Origin: Pristiophorus japonicus
Taxonomy: Eukaryota
Assembly: GCF_044704955.1 (NCBI RefSeq)
Contig: NC_091985.1
Coordinates: 204,290,001-204,354,000 of the forward strand
Length of the DNA stretch: 64,000 nt
Direction: 5' to 3'
In this document: one piece after another, positions 21,503 to 34,477 of the stretch
Layout: every line of letters begins with the position of its first letter
Numbering within the stretch: position 1 is the stretch's first letter
Notes under the pieces: model-generated
What the model saw: only the letters and a program-made list of their open reading frames with translations
What the model was told of the DNA's origin: nothing
Database searches by the model: none
Made by a program: the position numbers and the translations under genes

Positions 21503-22325
21503 GTCTACCTTCCCTTAATCATTTTTTTGGTCATTCTTTGCTGGTTTTTAAAAGCTTCCCAATCTTCTGTCCTCCCACTAGTTTTGGCCACTTTGTATGC
21601 CCTTGTTTTTAATTAGGTACCATCCTTTATTTCTTTAGTTAGCCATGGATAGCTATTTTTTCTTTTACACCCTTTCCTCCTCACTTGAATGTATTTTTCT
21701 TGAGTTATGAACTAGCTCCTTAAATGTACGCCACTGTTCATCAACTGTCCTATACTTGAATCTATTTTCCCAGTCCACTTTATCAAACTCTGCCCTCATA
21801 ACTTTTTCTCTCCTTTATTTAACCTTAGTACGCTGGTTTGAGATCCAACTTTCTCGCCCCCCCCCATCTGAATTTGAAATTTAACCATGCTATGGTCACT
21901 CATTCCAAATGGATCCTTTACTAGGAGATTGTTTATTAATCCTGTCTCATTACACAGGACTAGATCTAAGATCGCCTTCCCCCTGGTTGGTTCCGTTACA
22001 TATTGCTCAAGGAACCCGTCCCTTATGCACTCTATGAATTCTTCCTCAGGGCTATCCTGACCAATTTGATTTGTCCAATAAATACAGAGGTTAAAATCCC
22101 CCATTATTATTGCTGTTCCCTTTTTACAAGCCCCCACTATTTCTTGGTTTATACTCTGACCAACAGAATTGCTACTGTTAGGGGGCCTATAGACTATGCC
22201 CACCAGTGACTTTTTCCCCTTTATTATTCCTTATCTCCACCCAAACTGTTTCATCATCCTGATCATTCGAGCCAATGTCATTTCTCACTATTGCAGTGAT
22301 TCCATCCTTTATCAACACAGCTATT
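21503..22325 (-). mobile_element. CR1 endonuclease-region fragment
   Basis: YRPPNS, IMGDFN, EPTRGKAILDLVL, SDHSMV. Confidence 0.9.
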
Positions 22326-23396
22326 TTGTTTCCCTGGAGTTCCTATTATGAGTTTCAGAAACTTCGGTGCCAAGTGGACCAGGTGTTTAAAGATTTCCCT
22401 CTTTCCATGTTGCTGTTAGTTAAAGGTACAGAGACTGATTTCCCCCCCATTATGCATCTTTAGTAGTTAAACAAAAATCCTTCCTGTTCGTAATGAGTCA
22501 CATTCTGCACTGGGGGAGATGGCTGGTGACTTCAGCCTTTAAAATACTCCTCCTCTTGTTCAAATCCCTCCAAGGCCTCGCCCCTCCCTATCTCTGTAAC
22601 CTCCTCCAGCCCGCCAACCCTCTTAAGAAGGAGAAACAATTTTCAGTGTCAGAAGGGTCGGTAACCAGAGTGGAGTTGAGGTAAAAGATCAGCCATGATC
22701 TTACTGAATGGTGGAGCAGGCTCAAGGGGCCAATGGGCCTACTCCTGCTCCAATTTCTTATGTTCGTAAAGGGTTGTGGAAATGCAGAACTCGATGTTTT
22801 CCATATAACTGAGACTGGGGGCCAATTGAACAGGCTCAAGGGGCCGAATGGCCTATTCCTCTTTCTATGTTCCAGTGATGACTTTTGTAAACAGCTTTTA
22901 CAGGGGTTTAGAAGGGGAGGATACGCCGAGGGGATTAAACCTGGGCCCCTCCTGTGAATGTGACTCAGTCACACTGGTCAGTGCCTGTAGCCACTGAGCC
23001 ATTGGGAGGATAGTCCAGTGACCCTGCTGGAAAATGCATGATGAGGCCTCAGGCGAGGGCAATGGAATAGCCTGTCGACACTCACTGTCGAGGTTCACAC
23101 ATGGACATTGGGCACATGAGTCACATATTGGAGAGAAACTGGTGAGTGTAGAACTGAACCCAGCCAGAGTCAGCACCTTTAGGGGAGGAGAACCAGTGAG
23201 TGTAGAACTGAACCCAGCCAGAGTCAGACATTAGTGAACCAGTTGGGTTTTTACGACAATCCGGCCACTTTCAAGGTCACTTTGTTGTCATGCCGCCCCC
23301 ACAAATTAGCAGATTCATTAAGTTTAAATTACTAACCTGCCTCTTTGTATGTTCTCTCTCACACTGCCTTTTTCCTGTTCTAAATTAATTTTACAG

Positions 23397-23870
23397 GGTA
23401 TTCGAAGGGGAGGATTTGCCAACGGGAAACTCAAATCGCACACCGCATCAAGATCTGACAGCGTCACTCGATTCATCGGGACCTGAATATCATCGGCCTC
23501 TCAATATAGAAGCAAAAAGCACCGTTGACAGTGGGGAGAAAGTGTACACGTGTTCTGTGTGTGGACGAGGCTTCAGCCAAATCTCTGGCCTATCGAGACA
23601 CAAGCGCAGTCACACCGGGGAGAGGCCGTTCACCTGCTCCGAGTGTGGGAAGGGATTCGCTCGTTCATCCCACCTTCTGATACACCAGCGAGTTCACACT
23701 GACGAGAGACCTTTTAAATGTCCGGACTGTGGGAACTGCTATAAAAGCTCTGGGGAACTGATGTACCATCAACATGTTCACACTGGGGAGAGACCGTTCA
23801 CCTGCTCTGAGTGTGGGAAGGGATTCACTCGTTCATCCATCCGCTGACACACCAGCGAGTTCACAAGTGA
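23397..23870 (+). pseudogene. C2H2 zinc-finger exon: 3 intact fingers plus 1 frameshifted
   Basis: TTTTACAG|G acceptor at 23396/23397; ATCCGCTG in the last finger indicates a 1-nt deletion relative to ATC CTG CTG. Confidence 0.75.
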
Positions 23871-24289
23871 CTGCAGGGGATGGATTCTGCTGTTGTTGCT
23901 GCTGTTAGTCACATCCAGGACTGAACCATGTTCATTCTGACAGTTGGGGTTTGTTTCTGCTTAATAACCCTATAACTGGGCTGGAGTTTAATATTCTGGA
24001 TGAATGGGAAATAAATCAGCTTTGCTTTAAACACATTGCTGTGGATTTTTGTCTTTCCCACCTGAGTGTTTAGCATCACCTGGCTGGAGCTCAGAGAGGA
24101 CAATCTGGGGGGAGGATTGTACGGGTGAAACAGAACTTCAGCCTGGACACAGTCCTTCAGGGAGAGAGGCAAACAGCACTTTGGTCTTTCTCGTCTCTCT
24201 GCACTGACAACAAAGTCGCCGTGCGGGTTAATCTTGAGCTGTGTAAGAAATGTTCCCAGCCGCTCTCTTCCATGGTTCAGACTCCTGGG

Positions 24290-25262
24290 CATGGAACAGA
24301 AGGCTCCTTTAGAAATGAACCCCGGTGCTTTGTTTGCTTTTTAAAATGGCCGTATTAACCTGCGTCACTACTTTTAGTGATTTGTGTATCTGTACCGCTC
24401 GATCCCTTTGGTCCTCGGCCCCATTTAGACTCTTATTTCCCAAATAGAATGTGGCCTCCTTATTCTTCCTACCAAAACGCACCACCTCACACTGATCTAT
24501 ACTGAAATTCATTTCCCAATTACACACGCATTCTGCAAACTTATTAATGTCTTGCATTTTGTCACAGTCTTCCTCAGTATTAACTCTACCTCCCAATTTG
24601 TGTCATCTAAAAATTTGGAAATTTTACTTCTCATTCCCGAGTCCAAATCCTTTATTTAATTAGTGAACAACAGTGGTCCCAGCACCAATCCCTGTGGAAC
24701 ATCACCTCCCACCTATTGCCAGAACAGTGGTCCCAGCACCGATCCCTGTGGAACCACCTCCCACCTATTGCCGGAACAGTGGTCCCAGCACCGATCCCTG
24801 TGGAACCACCTCCCACCTATTGCGTGAACAGCGGTCCCAGCACCGATCCCTGTGGAACACCACCTCCCACCTATTGCCAGAACAGTGGTCCCAGCACTGA
24901 TCCCTGTGGAACACCACCTCCCACCTATTGCCAGAACAGTGGTCCCAGCACCGATCCCTGTGGAACAGCACCTCCCACCTATTGCCAGAACAGTGGTCCC
25001 AGCACTGATCCCTGTGGTACACCACTGCCCACCTATTGCCAGAACAGTGATCCCAGCACCGATCCCTGTGGAACACCACCTCCCACCTATTACCAGAACA
25101 GCGGTCCCAGCACTGATCCTTGTGGAACACCACCTCCCACCTAATGCCAGAACAGTGGTCCCAGCACCGATCCCTGTGGAACACCACCTCCCACCTATTG
25201 CCAGTCTGAGTAGCTACTCTTAACCCTACTCTGTTTCCTGTTTTGTAACCAGCTTGCTATCC
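24290..25262 (-). mobile_element. Old CR1 RT fragment with internal tandem amplification
   Basis: WEMNFSIDQCEVVRFGRKN; PQGSVLGP. Confidence 0.8.
24669..25204. repeat. 54-bp minisatellite (~10 copies)
   Basis: Unit AACAGTGGTCCCAGCACCGATCCCTGTGGAACACCACCTCCCACCTATTGCCAG. Confidence 0.95.
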
Positions 25263-25999
25263 ACAACAATATGTAAGATCTACAAGATGATCAAAGTCAG
25301 GCCACGTGGAGTGAAGGGCCAGGCAGCAGAATGGATGGAAAGATGGCTGCAAAATAGGAATCATTTGTTGGAGTTGAGGGCAGTTTTTTGCCATATTTCC
25401 ATTCATTCTGTTACCTGACCTTTGACTCCACACTACCTGACCGTGGTCATTTTGTAAGACCGTACATACTGCAGACACAGTGCACCAGTGGTGGGAGGGG
25501 GTGGATATTGAGCCCTGTGGCACGGGCGCTGATGAAGTGGGTTTCTCTGAGTTTTGAGGCAGCCCAAGTGGCATTTTTCACCACTTTCCAATTTTTAAAA
25601 TAAAAATCTTATTGCCAGTTTATTGAAGCCATTAAAAGCCTCTCGGGTCGCACAATAAAATGAGGCCTCATAGCTTTCCACCAGAGTTAGAATCACAGTT
25701 AGAAAGCATTTAGTGACTGAGCCAGACTGGGCCGGGCCTAAGGTGCGAGTTAGTGATGGAAAAGTGGCGGCCAGCGTACTTGGCTCCAGGACTGAGAACC
25801 CGGGCACTCAGGTCTGTGTATATTGATTGATGAATTTTGTTCATTGCCCAGTCTCAGTCGCAATGGTGGGACATCCTGCTGTCCAGCCGAGGCGGAGATC
25901 CCCAATGGAGGGCTCTCTACGCAGGGGTCCTTCCCTGCACCATTGGGGATCTGGGGTGGAGAGTGTTGCATGGAACAGTCGTGTGAAACGGTTTTTATA

Positions 26000-26580
26000 A
26001 TAACTTTTATTTATATAGCGCCTTTAACTTAGTAAATCGTCCCAAAGGTGCTTCACAGCAGTGTTAACAAGACACAACATAAATTTGACACCGAGCCACA
26101 AAAGCAGATGACCGAAAGCTTGGTTAAAGAGGTAGGTTTTAAGGAGCGTCTTAAAGGAGGAAAGACAGGTAGAGACTGAGGTTTAGGGAGGGAGTTCCAG
26201 AGCTTGGGGCACAAACAGCTGAAGGCATAGCCACCGATGGTTGAGTAGAGATAATGAGGGTTGTTCAAGAGGGCAGAATTTGAGGAGCACAGACGTCTTG
26301 TGGGGCTGTGAGGCTGAAAAAGACAGGGAGGGGTGAGGCCATGGAGTGATTTGTAAACAAGGATGAGAATTTTGAAATCGAGGTGTTGTGTAACCGGGAG
26401 CCAGCGTAGGTCAGAAAGCACAGGGGTGATCGTGACTTGGTGCGAGTTAGGACACAGGCTGCTGAGTTTTGGATGACCTCAAGTTTATGTAGTATAGAAT
26501 GTGGGAGGCCAGCCAGGAGTGAGTTGGAGTAGTCAAGTCTAGAGGTAACAAAGGCATGGATGAGAGTTTCAGCAGCAAGA
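26000..26580 (-). mobile_element. L2-type LINE 3' fragment
   Basis: AAETLIHAFVTSRLDYSNSLLAG, LRWLPV.QHLDFKIL, KLWNSLP. Confidence 0.88.
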
Positions 26581-26581
26581 G

Positions 26582-26720
26582 AGTTCTTAACGCCCTTCCA
26601 GACTCGAAGGCTGGTTTGTGTTTTGCAGCCTAGAGGAGTCCATGGCCCATGTATATATTCAATGTGAGAGGTTGCAGTCCCTGTATAGTTACCTGAAGGG
26701 GTGCTCCTCAATTTTTGGTT
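26582..26720 (+). mobile_element. Old Tx1-type ORF2 C-terminal fragment
   Basis: FCSLEESMAHVYIQCERLQSLYSYLKG aligns with FCGLEESVFHVFMECTRLQPLFYYLKG of the intact ORF2. Confidence 0.85.
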
Positions 26721-27001
26721 CCCCTCCGTCTCCTCCCCTGAAACTGCTGACTCTGGCTGGGTTCAGTTCTACACTCACTGGTTCCCTACTTTTTGTGAAG
26801 TGCTCTTGGCACTTTATTAAACACACACAGCAGACGCACATTAATGTGATGGGAGATCACTGACATACAAGCAGCCAGTGGTGTGGAGCCTCCTGAGAGT
26901 CTGGTCCTTTTACAGCCAATATTTACAGGAGCTGGGGCACAGGAAGAGTCCCATTAAAATCACTGATACATTTGTTAATTAAAAATAGTAATTTTGCCTT
27001 A

Positions 27002-27442
27002 ATTTACAGATGCTTCCTGACCAGTCCTCATTTCTCCTCCATTTAGAGATGCTCCCTGACCAGTCTCCATTTCTACATTTACAGACACTCCCTGACCAGT
27101 CCCCATTTCTCCTCCATTTACAGACGCTCCTTAACCAGTCGCCATTTCTCCTCCATTTACAGACGCTCCCTGACCAGTCCCCATTTCTCCATTTACAGAC
27201 ACTACTTGACCAGTCCCCATTTCTCCTCCATTTACAGACGCTCCCTGACCAGTCCCCATTTCTCCTCTATTTACAGATGCTCCCTGACCAGTACCCATTT
27301 CTCCTCCATTTACAGACACTCCCTGACCAGTCCCCATTTCTCCATTTACAGACGCCCCCTGACCAGTCCCCTATTCTCCTCCATTTATAGACACTCCCTG
27401 GCCAGTCCCCATTTCTCCTCCATTTACAGACGCTCCCTGACT
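27002..27442. repeat. 36/39-bp minisatellite (~11 copies)
   Basis: Unit ATTTACAGACGCTCCCTGACCAGTCCCCATTTCTC(CTC)C. Confidence 0.95.
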
Positions 27443-27444
27443 CG

Positions 27445-27770
27445 CTGGGGATTTCCCGGCACTTCCTGGTTGTCCCGGAGTTTGTGTCTGAAACTGGCGG
27501 GTAGTTGTGGGGAGGTGGATAATGCGGAGTGTTGTCTCTCGGGCCTGGGCCCGCACTCGGTGTGTGTGAAGACCCCCCAGGGATTAGGAAGAGCGGGGCG
27601 GGGCCAGAGCAGCAGTCGGATGGTCCTCCAACCAATCAGTGTCCGAGGGGCGGGGCTTGCGGCACCCAGTGGGCGGGGATGAGCCCGGATGTCCCTGATT
27701 GGCTGAAACTCTGCCCCATTGTTAAAGCTGATTTCTCTCAAACTCCAGGAGGAAACGGGACCTTTCTGTT
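27445..27770. promoter_or_regulatory. Promoter-like GC-rich patch
   Basis: GGGGCGGGGC boxes, CCAATCAG and CTGATTGG, ETS-like ACTTCCTG. Confidence 0.5.
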
Positions 27771-27889
27771 GTGGCTTTAAACAGATGGAACCCTGAAGGG
27801 TGGAGCAAACATTGCAACATTTGTTTGTGAAATGGATTGATTCAGGACAGACAGCAGGGATTCAGGAAATAACACAATGCAGTGAGAAA

Positions 27890-28380
27890 GGAAATGCAGT
27901 GGAGGTTGTGTAGATGGATTGTCAAAAGATGTTTGATAAGGTGCCGGACAGGAGGCTTGTTGATCAAATTAAGGCTCACGGTATTAAAGGGAATGGGGCA
28001 GTGTGGAGAGGAATTTGGGTAAAGGGCAGAAAACAGAGAGTAGTGGTTAATGGATGTTCTTCAGACTGGAGGGATGTAAACAGTGGTGTCCCCAGGGTCA
28101 GTGTTAGGACCATTGCTCTTCTCAATACAGAGAAATGATCTGGGCTTTGGTATATGGGGCACATGATCAAAATCTCCAGGGAACACCAAAAAGGGCCCAT
28201 GGCCAACTGTGAAGAGGACTTTAAGTGCCTTCATTGTTTTTACATAGGTTAGTAATTGGGGCAGGTAGATGTGTAATGAAATTTAATGCAAAGAAATGTG
28301 CTGTGATAGATTTTGGGAGGAAATGTACATTAAATGGTAAAACTTTCAATGGAGTAGAGGAGCAGAGAGATTTAGGGTTG
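27890..28380 (+). mobile_element. Old CR1 RT fragment
   Basis: DCQKMFDKVP, RKQRVVVNG. Confidence 0.8.
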
Positions 28381-29951
28381 TAAGATTCTAGCTAATTCCT
28401 TGTCTTATTAGGGATTGAGAGTCCACTGTTAGAACACAAGAACATAAGAAATAGGAGCAGGAATAGGCCATCTGGCTTCTCGAGCCTGCTCTGCCATTCA
28501 ATAAGATCATGGCTGATCTGATCCTGGTCTCAACTCCACTTCCCTGCCTGCTCCCCATAACCCTTGACTCCCTTATCTTTCAAAACTCTGTCTATCTCCA
28601 CCTTAAATATATTCAATGATTAATTATTAGCAATTTTAATATCTTAAGAAATATAATTTGACCAGATTCTCTGTGCTCTACCACATCAGAGTAAACATGC
28701 AAGTCCCACGTGTCCACAGTAACAGACACGAGGTCAACCCGCTGGATGGAACCTCAGGCACCCTGAGCTTGATCTCCGGTGTCTCCAGTCCTGATTACCT
28801 CCTTACATCAGTCTCCCCTCACTGTTATACCCTGCAGTGATCCACCTCTGGCACCGGACTCTTCTTTGTCTTCTCTGCTCGGTTTGGGCAAGAAGCTGGG
28901 AAAAGACAGCTGGAATTTCTCTAATTTACAAGGACACTTTCCCTGGTTCCCAGCAGTTACTTTTCTTCAGTAATTTTGTCAGTATCGCTAAACTCCCCTG
29001 CCTGCTGTTAGTAGTTGTTTCTTATAGTTTCACAATTCTAGGTATAAACATCACACATTATAATCTAATCTATTGTGTTACTCACTCTGGTTTGAGCTTA
29101 CATTGTGGTTACTAACAGACAAACCCTGTTCTTTCCCCTGATCTGATTACAGATTCCAACAGTGGGTTCAGTGAATGGAATGTCTCATCAGTGTTGCCAT
29201 AGTGACCTGTCTGCAGTGAATCGATTGTTTGAGTTACCTCAGATTAAACTTCTCTTTCCCATGATGCACATTATATCAGCCACTTTATGTCAATGTGTTT
29301 TAGCCATGTTATGTTAATATCTCTAAAACCTACAAGGGCTTCAGATACATAAACCTTTAAAAGTAGGAGGGACAAGTGATAAAGTGGTTAAAAAGCACAT
29401 GGGATCTGAGGTTTTATAAATAGGGATGTGGAGTACAATGGGGCAAAGGTCATGTAAACCTGCACAAATCATTGGTTAGGCTGCAGTTCGAATATTGTGT
29501 CAGGTTTTGGGGATCTTATACCAGGAAGGATGTGGAGGCCATGGAGATTCACTGAGATGATACCAGGGACAAGAGCCTTTAGTTATTGGGGAGATTGGAG
29601 AAACTGGGGTTCTTTTCATTAGAACAAAGGGTAATTGGAGATCTGAGGGAGGTGTTCAAAATTTGATCATGTAAATGAGGATAAACTATTTCCACCAGTC
29701 GATGAGTCAGTAACTCGAGGGCATCAAATTCAAATCATCACCAAAAGGCTCAGACCCAGGGAGGAACTATTGAGCACACTGTACAACAATGTTCAGGACA
29801 CTCACCCCTCCGGATCTGTGTCCAGGGGAGGAACTGATGGGTTTCTCTTATCTTTGGGTTAAATGATGTTCTCATCGAGGTGATGGATGTCAGTGCTGGG
29901 GAATGGGGTATTCTGAGATCATATTGTCTGCCTGAAGCACTCTGCAGTCAG

Positions 29952-30298
29952 GAACAGCACAGGTTAGATACAGAGTAAAGTTCCCTCTACACTGTCCCAT
30001 CAAACACTTCCAGGGCAGGTACAGCACGGGTTAGATACATAAAGCTCAATCTACACTGTCCCATCAAACACTTCCAGGGCAGGTACAGCACGGGGTTAGA
30101 TACAGAGTAAAGCTCCCTCTACACTGTCCCATCAAACACTTCCAGGGCAGGTACAGCACGGGGTTAGATACAGAGTAAAGCTCCCTCTACACTGTCCCAT
30201 CAAACACTTCCAGGGCAGGTACAGCACGGGGTTAGATAGAGAGTAAAGCTCCCTCTACACTGTCCCATCAAACACTCCCAGGGCAGGTATAGCACAGG
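29952..30298. repeat. ~68-bp tandem repeat (~5 copies)
   Basis: Unit GGTTAGATACAGAGTAAAGCTCCCTCTACACTGTCCCATCAAACACTTCCAGGGCAGGTACAGCACG; also at ~12103-12170 and ~32260-32303. Confidence 0.93.
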
Positions 30299-30299
30299 A

Positions 30300-30562
30300 T
30301 TGCTGCATTGTCGGCGTTGCCATCTTTCAGATGAGTCGTTCAACGGAGGCCCCATCAGCCCTCAAACAATATCACTCAAACAGATTATCTGGCCATTGCT
30401 GTTCATGGCAGCTTGCTGTGTGCAAATCATCTGCTGCATTTCCTATACTACAGCAGTGAATGCACTTCAAATGTACTTTGATATTGTTGTACTTCATTGG
30501 CTGTAAAGCACTTTGGGACATCCTGAGGTCATGTGAGGTGCTGCATAAGGACAAGTCTTTGT
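30300..30562 (+). mobile_element. Deu-domain-like SINE 3' part
   Basis: Similar to 12415-12715. Confidence 0.65.
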
Positions 30563-30797
30563 TAAATGGAGGAGAAAAGTTCCAAAAAAGGAACAGTTGG
30601 TAACAGGACAACAATTAGTCTCCTCTTATAATGGAGAAATCAAGGAATCGACACAGTGTGTTGGAACCAAAACTGATTTATTTGTCAGATAGCCAGAAAA
30701 TTAAACTCCGGCCCAGTTACAGGAGAAACACAGCCCGACTATCAGAATGAACACGGTTCAGTCCCGATGTGGTTCACAGCAGAATCCAACCCTGCAA

Positions 30798-31556
30798 TCA
30801 CTTGTGAACTCGCTGGTGTTTCAGCAGGTTGGATGAACAAGTGAATCCCTTCCCACACTCAGAGCAGGTGAACGGTCTCTCCCCAGTGTGAGTGCGTTGG
30901 TGCATCATCAGACTACTTCTGCTTTTAAAGCTCTTCTCACAATCAGAACAGTTAAAAGGCCTCTTATTAGTGTGAACAAGTTGGTGTGTAGTGAGATGGC
31001 ATGACTGAGTGAAACCCTTCCCACACTCTGAGCAGGTGAACGGTCTCTCCCCAGTGTGAGTGTGTTGGTGCATCATCAGCTGATTTCTGCTTTTAAAGCT
31101 CTTCTCACAGTCAGAGCATTTAAAAGGCCTCTTATTGGTGTGAACAAGGAGGTGGGCAGTGAGGCTGGATGACTGAGTGAATCCTTTCCCACACACAGAG
31201 CAGGTGAATGGCCTCTCCCCGGTGTGAACTCGCTGATGTCTCAGCAAATCCATTTTGATTTTAAAGCTTTTCTCACAGTCAGAACATTTAAAAGCTCCCT
31301 TATCAGAGTGAACAAGTTTATGGCGCCTCAGTTCCCCGGAACTTTTAAAGCATTTCCCGCAGTCCAAACATTTAAAAGGTCTCTCCGCAGTGTGAACTCG
31401 CTGGTGAGCTACAAGGCTGGATGAATGAGTGAATCCCTTCCCACACACCGAGCAGGTGAACGGCCTCTCCCCAGTGTGACTGCGTCGATGAATTTCCAGC
31501 TCAGATGGGTAACCGAATCCCTTCCCACAGTCACTACATTTCCACGGTTTCTCCAT
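30798..31556 (-). CDS. C2H2 zinc-finger protein, 9 fingers
   Basis: ATG in ACCATGG context; MEKPW followed by 9 intact fingers; degenerate fingers and an acceptor (~31911) upstream. Confidence 0.85.
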   Translation of the reverse strand: MEKPWKCSDCGKGFGYPSELEIHRRSHTGERPFTCSVCGKGFTHSSSLVAHQRVHTAERPFKCLDCGKCFKSSGELRRHKLVHSDKGAFKCSDCEKSFKIKMDLLRHQRVHTGERPFTCSVCGKGFTQSSSLTAHLLVHTNKRPFKCSDCEKSFKSRNQLMMHQHTHTGERPFTCSECGKGFTQSCHLTTHQLVHTNKRPFNCSDCEKSFKSRSSLMMHQRTHTGERPFTCSECGKGFTCSSNLLKHQRVHK

Positions 31557-32304
31557 GGTGTGGCTATCCTTGTGTCTCTCCAGGTTGGACGATCAGTTAA
31601 AGCCTCGCCCACGCACATAACACGTTTGCAGTTTCTCCCCGCTGTACATGGTGCGATTTTTTTCAGGCTGTGTAACTGGTTAAAGCTCTTTCCGCAGTCA
31701 GTGCACTGGAACACTCTCACTCGGGTGTGTGTGTCTGGTGCTTTTCCAGTCACACTGATGTTTGAAATCTTTTCCCACAGACAAACATTTCTCCTTTCCC
31801 TTTCAAAGGCCGATGATATTCAGATCCTGATGCATCGAGTGACTCTGTCAGATCTTGACACAATGTTTGGTTCGAGTTCCCCGTCTGTAAATCCTCCCCT
31901 TATAATACCCTGTGAAAGGAGTTTGCAAAACTCATCACTGTAAGGACAGGACAGAAATTCAGAACAGACAATTCTAGTTTCTATGGAACATTCTTTTCTG
32001 TCTTGTTCCCCCCAAAGCTGTAAATCCCCATCCCTCCTCCCTGAGCGGAAATCCAAACCCATCGCACAATCTCCATCATTTCTTCCTTCTCGCTATTTTC
32101 TTCCTCCCCTGAAGGTGCTGACTCTGGCTGACTTCAGTTCCACACTCAATGGTTCCCCTCCCTCTCCTCCCCTGAAGGTGCTGACTCTATCTGGGTTCAG
32201 TTCTACACTGTATTCTACGGGTATGCTGAGCACCGAGTGTGTGCCTGAAATACGTTCTGGTCAGATACAGAGTAAAGCTCCCTCTATACTGTCCCATCAA
32301 ACAT

Positions 32305-33318
32305 GTAGAAAGTAAGTTTGAAGTCAGAGGAAACAAGGGGAAAAAAATAAATTGAAAAGCTTTGTCTAAATGCATGTAGCATTCGCAACAAAATAGATGA
32401 ATTGACGGCACAAATAGATACAAATGGGTATGATCTGATAGCCATTACAGAGACATGGTTGTAAGGTAACCAGGACTGGGAGCAAAATATTCAGGGGTAT
32501 TTGACAATTCGGAAGGACAGACAGAAAGGAAAAGGAGGTGGGGTAGCATTGTTAATAAAGGATGGGATCAGTGCGTTAATGAGAAACGATATTGGCTCAG
32601 AGGATCAAGAGGTTGAATCAGTTTGGGTGGTGATAAGGAATAATAAAGGGAAAAAGTCGCTGGTGGGCATAATCTGTAGGCCCCCTAATAGTAGCTACAC
32701 AATTGGACGGAGCATAAATCAAGAAATAATGGAAACTTGTAAAAAAGGAACGGCAATAATCATGGGCGATTTTAACCTTCATATATTTTGGTCTCCGTAT
32801 TTAAGGAAGGATATACTTGCATTGGAGGATATTCAGAGAAGGTTCACTAGGTTGATTCCAGAGATGAGGGGGTTGACTTATGAGGATAGGTTGAGTAGGT
32901 TGGGCCTAGACATATTGGAGTTCAGAAGAATGAGAGGTGATCTTATTGAAACTTATAAGATAATGAGGGGGCTCGACAGGGTGGAAGCAGAAAGGATATT
33001 TCCACTCATAGTGGAAATTAAAACTAGGGGACATAGTTTTAGAATAAGGGTCCGCCCATTTAAAACTGAGACGAGGAGAAATTTATTTTCTGAGGGTTGT
33101 AAATCTGTGGAATTCTCTGCCCCAGAGGGCTATGGAGGCTGGGTCATTGAATATATTTAAGGCGGAGATGGACAGATTTTTGAGCGATAAGAGAGTAAAG
33201 GATTATGAGGAGCGGGCAGAGAAGTGGAGCTGAATCCATGATCAGATCAGCCATGATCTTATTGAATGGCGGAGCAGGCTAGAGGGTCCAAATGGCCTAC
33301 TCTTGCTCCTATTTCTTA
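32305..33318 (+). mobile_element. Internally deleted CR1 LINE
   Basis: EN motifs (GGGVALL, RPPNS, GDFN) fused at ~32785 to FWSPYLRKD...RRMRGDLIE and the 3' tail. Confidence 0.9.
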
Positions 33319-33319
33319 T

Positions 33320-33518
33320 ACACTTCCAGGGCAGGTACACACGGGTTAGATACAGAGTAAAGCTCTCTCTACACTGTCCCATCAAACACTCCAGGGCAGG
33401 TACAGCACGGATTAGATACAGAGTAAAGCTCCCTCGACACTGTCCCATCAAACACTCCAGGGCAGGTACAGCACGGGTTAGATACAGAGTAAAGCTCACT
33501 CTACACTGTCCCATCAAA
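33320..33518. repeat. ~66-68-bp tandem repeat (3 copies)
   Basis: Same family as 29952-30298. Confidence 0.92.
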
Positions 33519-33824
33519 TGCTAAACCCAGACCATAATGAGCACGGCTCAGGGAGGTTAGTTGCTAGGCACTGCAGTGATGTTATAAAGCAGGGCCAGTC
33601 AGCCCAGCGGGTCCTCTCCTTGTCCCGGGGAAGGACCAGGGCCTAGAGTGTGGAACACAACCAAGGGGGGGAAGGAGGTGTAAATGAAGGAGTCGGGACG
33701 GAGGGACACCAAGCTTCAGTTTTAGAGCCTGTAGACTTCAGATGGGAAGAGTGAGTTCAGTAGTTTTAGGATCCAGGGAGAGAGCAAGGCACATTGCACA
33801 TATTCCTATTATTTTATCCTTCTC

Positions 33825-34003
33825 TCCTCTCCTCCCCTGAAGACGCTGACTCTGACTGGGTTCAGTTCTACACTCACTGGTTCCCCTCCCTCTCCTCCCC
33901 TGAAGGTACTGACTCTGGCTGGGTTCAGTTCTACACTCACTGGTTCCCCTCCCTCTCCTCCCCTGAAGGTACTGACTCTGGCTGGGTTCAGTTCTACACT
34001 CAC
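33825..34003. repeat. ~63-bp ZNF-cassette repeat (3 copies)
   Basis: CTCCTCCCCTGAAGGT(A/G)CTGACTCTGGCTGGGTTCAGTTCTACACTCAC; dispersed copies at ~23140-23230 (inverted), 26730-26790, 32100-32210, 36195-36380. Confidence 0.9.
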
Positions 34004-34477
34004 CAATGTATGACCTATGTGCCCAATCTCCATGTGTGATCCTCGACAGTGAGTGTCGACAGGCTATTCCACTGTCCTCACCTGCATTTTCCAACAGGGT
34101 CACTGGAGCCTCCTCCCAATGGCTCACTGGGTAAAGGTAACACCCAGTGTGACTGAGTCATAGCCACAGGAGGGGCCCAGGTTTAATCCTGTTTGAATAT
34201 CCTCACCTTCTAATCCCCTGTAAAAGCTGTTTACAAAAGTCATCACTGTAAGTAGGAACATAGGAACAGGAAAAGGCCATTCAGCCCCTTGAGCCTGTCC
34301 CACCATTCAATTAATCGTGGCTGATCAGTATTTTAACTCCGCCTACCTGCCTTGGTTCCATTACCTTAATACCCCTGCCTAAGAAGAATTTATCAATCTC
34401 AGTTTTGGGATTTTCAATTGGCCCCCAGCCTCCGTTTTATGGGGAACAGAGTTCCGGATTTCCACTATGCTTTAAGA

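Noticed and set aside
24673-27682. Repetitive-protein ORFs over the 54-bp and 39-bp arrays
   Set aside because: Open frames result from unit lengths divisible by three; no start context or domain evidence
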